A stretch of 64,000 nucleotides of DNA from Rebecca billardiae RCC1528. Taxonomy: Eukaryota > Protista > Haptophyta. Position 1 is the stretch's first letter. Each line of letters begins with the position of its first letter. The translations under genes were made by a program, and so were the position numbers. The notes under the pieces were generated by a model. The model searched no databases. It worked only from the letters and a program-made list of their open reading frames with translations, and was not told where the DNA came from. This document shows, one piece after another, positions 56,918-64,000 of the stretch. The stretch lies in contig OZ251225.1 of assembly GCA_965240325.2 (NCBI GenBank), positions 3,968,001-4,032,000 on the forward strand, read 5' to 3'.

Positions 56918-57448
56918 TCACGACGTGACCGAGTCGTCCTCGCGGTTCGCGATCGAGGGCGAGAACGCCGGCAGGCACACGGCGACGTACTCGCACTTCT
57001 CGGGGAACGTGTAGCGGTACCGATGGCCGCGCGGGAGCCAGAGCGTGTCGCCCGCGCCGGCGAGCAGCTCGAACGGCTCGTCGCGCAGCCGGTGGCGCGG
57101 CCGCAGCGCGAGCGTGTGGCTGCCGACGTACACTTTCATCGCGCCCCAGAGCACGAGCACGTACTCGTCAAAGTCGGGCGTCTGGATGGCCTCCTGGCAC
57201 GGCTCGGCCACGCGCACGTGCGCCATCGAGAGTCGGCCGTCGCCGTTGCTCGCGTGGCCGCACGCCTCGCGGATGGTGAACTGCGCGGTCTGCACGACCG
57301 GCGGCGGCATCGGCAGCACGGCGGGCGGGGCGGCGGAGCGGCGGCACCGGCGAAGCCACCAGGCGATGCCCACGCCCACGCCCACGCCCACGCCGAGCCA
57401 CACCTGGTCGCGCAGCGTGTGCGGCACGGGGCAGCCCAGGCGCACCAT
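56918..57448 (-). CDS. Cupin-domain protein with N-terminal hydrophobic anchor
   Basis: QTPDFDEYVLVLWG, AGAGDTLWLPRG..YRY and EYVAVCLPAFSP resemble small bacterial-type (EutQ-like) cupins. Confidence 0.85.
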   Translation of the reverse strand: MVRLGCPVPHTLRDQVWLGVGVGVGVGIAWWLRRCRRSAAPPAVLPMPPPVVQTAQFTIREACGHASNGDGRLSMAHVRVAEPCQEAIQTPDFDEYVLVLWGAMKVYVGSHTLALRPRHRLRDEPFELLAGAGDTLWLPRGHRYRYTFPEKCEYVAVCLPAFSPSIANREDDSVTS

Positions 57449-57594
57449 GACGGCCGTCGATCGTGCTCGCCACGAGACGACAGTCCTGATCTGGATCCGG
57501 CCGGACGCGAGCTCGACAGCCGGAGCGTGCGTGCGCGGGCAGCGTGCGCGAGAGTGCGCGACTCGATAACGGCGGCGCTCGCTTCGCGCCAGCG

Positions 57595-60500
57595 ATGGAG
57601 CCCTCGGAGGACGCGTGGCGCGAGGCGCGCGAGGCGTTCGAGCGCGCGGCGGGCGGCGGCGGCGGCGCCGAGCTGGCGTGCGCGCGCGTGGGCGCGACGC
57701 TGCGCGCGCTCGGCGTCGGCCACGAGCTCGTCGCGCCCGAGATGGACGCGGCGTGCGAGGCTGAGCTCGCGGCGCTCGGCAAGTCTGCGCGCGCGCTCGA
57801 CACGCTGGGCTGGGACGAGTTCGCGCGCGTGTACGCGGCCGTGCGCGGCTGGGTGGCGCGCGGCGCGGACGAGGGGCGCTTCGCCGCGGCGCTCGCGCCG
57901 CCCGCCGAGGGCGGCCCCTCCGCGCTGCAGCGCGCGTGCGCGTCGGGCGACGAGCGCGGCGTGCGCGCGCTCATCTCGCTCGGCGCGCACGCCAACGAGC
58001 CGTTCGCCGACGGGCTGCTGCCGCTGTACGTCGCGTGCCAGCGCGGGCACGCGCGGCTGGTCGAGCCGCTCGTGCGCGAGGGCGGCGCCGACGTGAACGC
58101 GCTCAGCCGCGTCGGCGCGAGCGCGCTCGTGATCGCGGCGTGGAAGGGGCACAGCGGCGCTGCGGCCGCGCTGCTCGGCGCGCGCGCGGACGTGAACCTG
58201 CCGTCGCGCGACGGCTCGACGGCGCTGTACGTGGCGGCGAAGTTTGGGCACGCGCACGTGATCGAGCTGCTGCTGCAGCCGCCCGGCGCCGGCGGCCCCG
58301 CCGAGCCCGCCGACCTCGAGCGGCCGACGAACCGCGGGCACACGGCGCTGCTCAAGGCGGCACACGGCGGACACGGCGCGGCGCTGGCGCTGCTCCTGCG
58401 CGCGGCCGCCGAGCCGAACGCGGCGGACCACGAGGGCGTGACGCCGCTGTGCGCCGCGGTGGCGTCGGGCTCGTACGAGTGCGCCGCCACCCTCCTCGCC
58501 GCGCACGCCGACGCCGACCAGTCCACGTACCGCGGCACGTGCCCGCTGCTGCTCGCCGTGCAGGGCGCGCGCGCAGACCTGGCACAGCTGCTGCTGCGCC
58601 CGCCCGCGGATGGCGGCGGCGCGGCGGAGGCGGACGTGGCGAACGAGGCGGGGCTCTCGGCGCTGTGGTACGCGTACCGCACGCGCCAGCTCTCCGTCTG
58701 CGCGCTGCTCGTCGAGCACCGCGCCTCCGTCGAGCGGCCGCTCCCGGACGGGTGCACGTTGCTCGTGCTCGCGGCCGCGGCCGCGCGCGCGGACGACGTG
58801 GGCTGGCTGCTCGAGCACGGCGCGGACGCGCGCGGCGCGGCGGCGGACGGGACGACGGCGGTGCAGGCGGCGGCGTGCGGCGGGGACGAGCGGATCGTGC
58901 GCGCGCTGCTGCGCGCGCGCGCGCCCGCCGACCCCACGCCCGACGCGCGCGCCGCCGGCGGGCCGGGCGCGCGCGCGCCGCTCACGCTTGCGGCCGCGCG
59001 CGGGCACGGCGGCGCGGTGGGCGCGCTGCTCGAGGCGCGCGCGGCGCTCGAGCACGCGCACGCGGCGGAGGGCGGCGCGGTGACGGCGCTGTGGGCGGCG
59101 TGCGCGCGCGGCCACGCGCACGTCGTCGACGCGCTCCTCGCCGCCGGCGCCGCCGTCGACCCGCCGCCCTCTGACGGCGCGCGCCGGCCTCCGCGCGGCC
59201 GCTCGTGCGCGTGGGCGGCGGCCGCGGGCGGCCACGCCGCCGCGCTGGGCGTGGCGCTGGGCGTGGCGCTGCCCGCCGACCGCGAGCCGCTCGCGACGCG
59301 CGCGGACGAGGACGGGATCGCGCCGCTGCCGCTCGCCGCCGCGCTCGGCCACGCCGACGTCGTCCAGCTGCTGCTCGACGCACGCGCCGACGCGGCCGCG
59401 CAGCTGCCCACGCCGAGGCGCGCGCACGGCCAAGGCGAAGGCGGCGGCGTGCCCGCGCTGTGCGCGGCGGCGGCGGGCGGGCACGAGGCCGCGCTCGCGG
59501 TGCTGCTGCGCGCCGGCGTGGACGTGGACGGCGGCGGCGGCGCGGGGCAGCCCGCGCTGCTGCTCGCCGCGCACGAGGGCCACGCGCGCTGCGTGCGCGC
59601 GCTGCTCCGCGCGCGCGCGCACCCGGCCGCGCGCAACGCGGGCGGCGCGAGCGCGCTCGGCGCCGCGCTCTCGCGCGGGCACGGGCCGATCGAGCGCGCG
59701 CTGGTCGGCGCGGGCGCGGACGTGGACGCGGCGCGCGCGCGCAGCACGGGGCTGCGCGAGCTCTCCGCCGACGGCGAGGACGAGGGCCCGGTGCTGCCGC
59801 CCTGGCTGCTGCCCCTCCTGCCGGCCTCGCTCAGCAGCGGCGCGTTTCTGCGCGGCGCGCTGCCGGCCGACGTGCGGCCCACCGACTGGGCGGACCCGCT
59901 GCCGCCGCTGCCCGCGCCCGCGCCCGCGCCAGACTTCGAGGAGGAGGAGGAGGCGGAGGCGGAGGCGGAGCAGGGGGCGCACCCGCCCGCCGCGCTGGCG
60001 GGCGCGCCGGCGGAGGAGGCGGGCGCGCCGGGGGCCGCGCCCGCTGGCGCGACGCGCGCGACGCGCGCCGGCGTGCCGGACGAGGCGGAGGCGGAGGGCG
60101 AGGAGGCGGCGGAGGCGGCGGCGGCGGCGCCCGCGCCCGCGCCCGCCGCGGACGCGCCGGCGGCTGCGCCCGCGCCCGCGCCCCCCGAGGACGCGCGCCC
60201 GGCGCAGCTGGACGTGCGCTCGGCGTGCGGCGTGGGCGCTGGCCCCAGCATGGCCGCCGACAGCATGGCCGCCGAGCTCGAGTCGCCCCTCAAGCTGGCC
60301 AGCTTTGCGCACCACGCGCCCGGCGCGGACGGCGGCAGCAGCGGCGCGCTCGGCGCCGACGACTCCGAGTCTGACGAGGAGGCGACGCGCCCGCACGCAC
60401 CCGCGGCCGAGGCGGGGCCGGCGTTGGCGCACGCCGCCGCGCCCGCCGAGCCGGCGGCGGCGGCGGTCGGCAGGCCGCTGGGCGGGGGTCGGCGCGGCAG

Positions 60501-60909
60501 CAGCCTCTCGCCAGCCAAGGGCGCCGCGCCGCCCGAGGCCCAGCGCGCGGCCCCGCTGCGCAGCGCAGAGCACGCCGGCCGAGAGGCGCTCGGGGCGGAC
60601 GGCGCGGCGGGCGGCGCCGAGGCGGCGACCGAGCCGCCCGACGCGGCCGACGCGGCGGCCGACGCGCGAGGCGCGGAGCTCGCGGCCGCGCCGGCCGAGG
60701 CGGCCGGGCCCGGCGCGGCCGCGAGCCCGGCACCGGCGCCGAGCCCGGCGGAGCCGGACGGCGCCGTGGCGCCGCTGCCGGGCGGCGAGGCGGGCGCGGG
60801 CGTGGCCGAGGGTGGCGCGCCAGAGGCCGCTGCTGCCGAGGAGGATGACGAGCAGCAGAGCGCGCCCGGCACCCCCGACTCGGACAGCGTGATGGAGATG
60901 ATGCCCTAG
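57595..60909 (+). CDS. Ankyrin-repeat protein with degenerate EF-hand-like N-terminus and acidic low-complexity tail
   Basis: Many repeats such as DGSTALYVAAKFGHAHVIELLL and GHTALLKAAHGGH. ATG 57595 lies 146 bp from the divergent cupin ATG. Confidence 0.9.
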   Translation: MEPSEDAWREAREAFERAAGGGGGAELACARVGATLRALGVGHELVAPEMDAACEAELAALGKSARALDTLGWDEFARVYAAVRGWVARGADEGRFAAALAPPAEGGPSALQRACASGDERGVRALISLGAHANEPFADGLLPLYVACQRGHARLVEPLVREGGADVNALSRVGASALVIAAWKGHSGAAAALLGARADVNLPSRDGSTALYVAAKFGHAHVIELLLQPPGAGGPAEPADLERPTNRGHTALLKAAHGGHGAALALLLRAAAEPNAADHEGVTPLCAAVASGSYECAATLLAAHADADQSTYRGTCPLLLAVQGARADLAQLLLRPPADGGGAAEADVANEAGLSALWYAYRTRQLSVCALLVEHRASVERPLPDGCTLLVLAAAAARADDVGWLLEHGADARGAAADGTTAVQAAACGGDERIVRALLRARAPADPTPDARAAGGPGARAPLTLAAARGHGGAVGALLEARAALEHAHAAEGGAVTALWAACARGHAHVVDALLAAGAAVDPPPSDGARRPPRGRSCAWAAAAGGHAAALGVALGVALPADREPLATRADEDGIAPLPLAAALGHADVVQLLLDARADAAAQLPTPRRAHGQGEGGGVPALCAAAAGGHEAALAVLLRAGVDVDGGGGAGQPALLLAAHEGHARCVRALLRARAHPAARNAGGASALGAALSRGHGPIERALVGAGADVDAARARSTGLRELSADGEDEGPVLPPWLLPLLPASLSSGAFLRGALPADVRPTDWADPLPPLPAPAPAPDFEEEEEAEAEAEQGAHPPAALAGAPAEEAGAPGAAPAGATRATRAGVPDEAEAEGEEAAEAAAAAPAPAPAADAPAAAPAPAPPEDARPAQLDVRSACGVGAGPSMAADSMAAELESPLKLASFAHHAPGADGGSSGALGADDSESDEEATRPHAPAAEAGPALAHAAAPAEPAAAAVGRPLGGGRRGSSLSPAKGAAPPEAQRAAPLRSAEHAGREALGADGAAGGAEAATEPPDAADAAADARGAELAAAPAEAAGPGAAASPAPAPSPAEPDGAVAPLPGGEAGAGVAEGGAPEAAAAEEDDEQQSAPGTPDSDSVMEMMP

Positions 60910-62162
60910 CCCCGAGCCAGCGGCATCAGCTGCAGCATGCCCGGGCACGGCCGCGAAAGCCGAAAGCAGAATCAGCAGAGTGCATGAAAATGACGCGATG
61001 CATGCATGATGCAAAATCTGCTGCTGTCATATAGTACCCCTCAGGTTTAAGCGTTCGCTTCGCTGGCTACGTGATTGCACGCCCGCTCACGCCGTGACGA
61101 GCGCACCATGGCGGCTCTCTCGCTCGTGGCGCACGGTCGGGGAGCACCCGCGTCTGCGCAGACACACGGCTCGCCCGCAAGTGTGCTGTGTCGCGCACGC
61201 GCGCGCTCGCGCGGCCGGCCATCGCGCACAGACCTGACTGGTCTCACATGCACCAGCATGGTCGTGCACGCACAGCGCCGCTCCGCGCACGCAATAAATT
61301 CGAGCGTGGTGCGCATGCACGTACACTCTGTGTCCCTGGTCCACACACAGCGTGTGAGCTCGTGCTTTGACCACGTGCAGGCGCACCACAGACTTTCGCG
61401 CAGCTGCCGCGCCGGGCCGTGCCAGCGGCTCGACAGGCTCAGCTCGTGGGAAGCGCTCGCTCGATTGCATGCTCCTGCCGCGCAGGGTGCCCAGCTTGCT
61501 GCGCTCGGTGTGTACTGGCGCGCTCGGACGGCACCCCGCGTACGCCTCGGGCCACGCGTGGGAGCCTAGCTCCACGCACGGAGGACTCGCAGGCGCAGGC
61601 CGGCGGCTGCCTCACACGGCTTGGTCGGGAGGCCGCCGCGCGGCTACCGTCGAGCTCGCCGATCGGCTGCACCTACTTTCAGCGCACGCTACCGCCGCCT
61701 CGCGCACGACACGGCAAGGTTGAACACGTGACTGTGGGCGGGCATCAGCCCCAAGTACGCAGCCATCAGCACCACGGCCTTCACCTTCAGCGCCGACGAT
61801 AGAGCCGCCGCTTGATTTTATCGCTTAAACTTGAGGGCCACTAAGTCGGAGGGCTGCTGAAAACCCGCGTGAGACGTGAGCATCATCGTAGGAGGTGTCG
61901 ACGAAGATTCACTCTGACGCGCGCAGTCCGTTTCGACTCTGGCTGGCGCGCGCGCTATATGGCTAGGACGGATCGTGCCGGAGCGCTCGGAGTAGCCGGC
62001 TTCTCCCCGTTGCACGAGACTGTGCTGCTCCATTGGCAACATGACTGGGTTGTCATTCGTGAGCGTCAGTCAGGGACGTGACATGTGATGACCATGGCCT
62101 TAGGCCACTGAGGACGCAAGATCAAATCAGCCACAGGAGTTGTGACCTCGAGCGCGAGCGCG

Positions 62163-62955
62163 CGCGCTCGGCACGCCCCCCGCGCGTGTACCGCATGCCC
62201 GAGCCCGCCCTTCAGATGCGCACGGCGCGCGCGCCGACTCGGCGCTTCTCGCTGGCTCTAGCCGCAGCCGCACATCTCCGTAGCCGTTGGTCGTGACACA
62301 CCCAGCTCAGCTTGGTCAGATTCGAGCTCGAGCTCTCGCGCGCGCGACAGTAGAGGCGGGCCGCCGGTGCCATGTGTACGCTCATCGGGGCCGTACCTGG
62401 CGCTGCGCGCCGCGCCGGCGCGCGCGCGTGTGCGCACGCGCCGCAGCAGCCGTGTCGTTGCTTGAGCCGTGAGGCGCCGGCTGATCGGCAGGTCGTGAGG
62501 TCGTGAGATCTGAGCTGAGCCGAAACTCCGGCCGTGGCGGCGGCGCAGGATGAGCGCCGAGCGCGCGCGCGCACCCTCGCGCTCGGCACGCCCCCCGCGC
62601 GTGTACCGCGTGCCCGAGCCCGCCCTTCAGATGCGCATGGCGCGCGCGCCGACTCGGCGCTTCTCGCTGGCTCTACCCGCAGCTCTCCGTAGCCGTTGGC
62701 CGTGACACACCCAGCTCAGCTTGGTCAGATTCGAGCTCGAGCTCTCGCGCGCACGACGGTAGAGGCGGGCCGCCGGTGCCATGTGTACGCTCACCGGGGC
62801 CGTACCTGGCGATGCGCGCCGCGCCGGCGCGCCAGCTTGCGCGCACGCGCCGCAGCAGCCGTGTTGTTGCCTGAGCCGTGAGGCGCCGGCTGATCGGCAG
62901 GTCGTGAGGTCGTGTGAGCTGAGCTGAGCCAAAACTCTGGCCATGGTGGTGGCGC
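62163..62955. repeat. Diverged tandem duplication, ~415-bp period
   Basis: 62163-~62545 repeats at 62578-~62955. Confidence 0.85.
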
Positions 62956-63302
62956 GCGGGCAGCTGTGACCTCAAGTGCGGGCGTGCACGCGCGTCGCAC
63001 AGCCCTGCATCGACGTTACCGGCATCTGGCTCGGTGAAGTCCGTCCCAAACATATGAGCCCCAGCACCATCTCAATGGCTTGGCCGAGCCCGTCGTTCAC
63101 GGAGAGGTCGTGGCGATCATAGGTCGCTGCCATCGCAGTCTTCGATACGCGCTGACCCTTCCTGTATGCCACGGCTAAGCTCAAGTTGGCCATGATCGTC
63201 GGCGCCGCTGCTCGCTGTGCGCATGGTCGCACCGTGGGGCTCTCGGCCGCCGGCGGCGGTCGCCCTGCAGCCATGCACAAGCTGCTTGCCGATTGGTCGG
63301 TT

Positions 63303-64000
63303 CAAGGGTGTCCAGGGTCCGCAACAGCCAGTGCGCAGCGCGGCAGAGGCTGTGACAGAGGCAGGTCGCCGCTCGCCAGTGGCACTCGCCCGCCCGCCGC
63401 CCTGCACGGCGGCGGGGCCGCTCGCGCCGTGCGCTCCTGCGGCCGTCGGATCGGGCTGCGTAGGCGGCGCGCGGCTTGGGCCGTCGGAGAGCCACCCAGC
63501 GCCCCTCTCTGCGCCGCGCGCCTTCCTCGTCCTCGCCTCCTCCGCGCCTTGGAGCAGCACGCACACGCGCGGCGTCGCACAAAGGCAGCCCAGGCGCTCG
63601 CGTGCAAGCGTGCGCGCGCGCAGCGCGACGGGCTCGACTCGGGGCTCGCGCCGCTGCGGGGGCATGCAGCACCATCACATGCGCGCGCGACGCCACCTCG
63701 AGCCTGCGCGTTTGACCGTCAGTGCACGCTGATGCACGTTACAAAATGGTCTGACTTGGCATCATCACACGTGCGACGGAAGCTTCCACAACGGGCCTTG
63801 AGTGCGTCGACGCGATCGATGCGGAGATGGTCATGCTTGCGTGCGCTTCTCTTGTGGTCTCCACGCTTGCTGAGAAGCGCCGCGTACGTAGCTGTCATCG
63901 TGTCTTGCCTAAGAAGTCGTCCTGACGCATGGCAGGTTCTGGTCAGATTGGGCCTACTTCAACACGAGGACGTGTGAGCATTTGGCACGTGACGGTCACA
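63303..64000. mobile_element. Second copy of the P-like foldback (opposite orientation, runs off the window)
   Basis: Starts CAAGGGTGTCCAGGG; near-identical to the reverse complement of 49021-49718. Confidence 0.88.

Overview
Eukaryotic nuclear DNA from a very GC-rich alga with a secondary plastid. It looks haptophyte-like, which I infer from signal-peptide-first plastid targeting, a GC-AG intron and extreme GC3. Host genes: NSF (3 exons), plastid VKOR-thioredoxin LTO1, an XRN exoribonuclease with an unusual WW/UIM/UBA tail, a nuclear membrane-anchored PsaD-like protein, a secreted SGNH/PC-esterase, a cupin, an ankyrin-repeat protein, a coiled-coil protein and a small His-rich protein. Between them lie transposon nests: an intact Copia element, a gag-only LTR element with the same GTNAC target type, three CAC-ended TIR elements, a P-like foldback with a second foldback nested in its end, and MITEs. 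The main candidate for a new system is three dispersed, intact genes made of near-identical 38-aa EsV-1-7 (CCCH) repeats. Their variation is confined to a few fixed positions and is shuffled between paralogs, resembling a TALE/PRDM9-type code. They appear to sit downstream of a decayed Ulp1-like protease region. All calls were made by eye; no searches were run.
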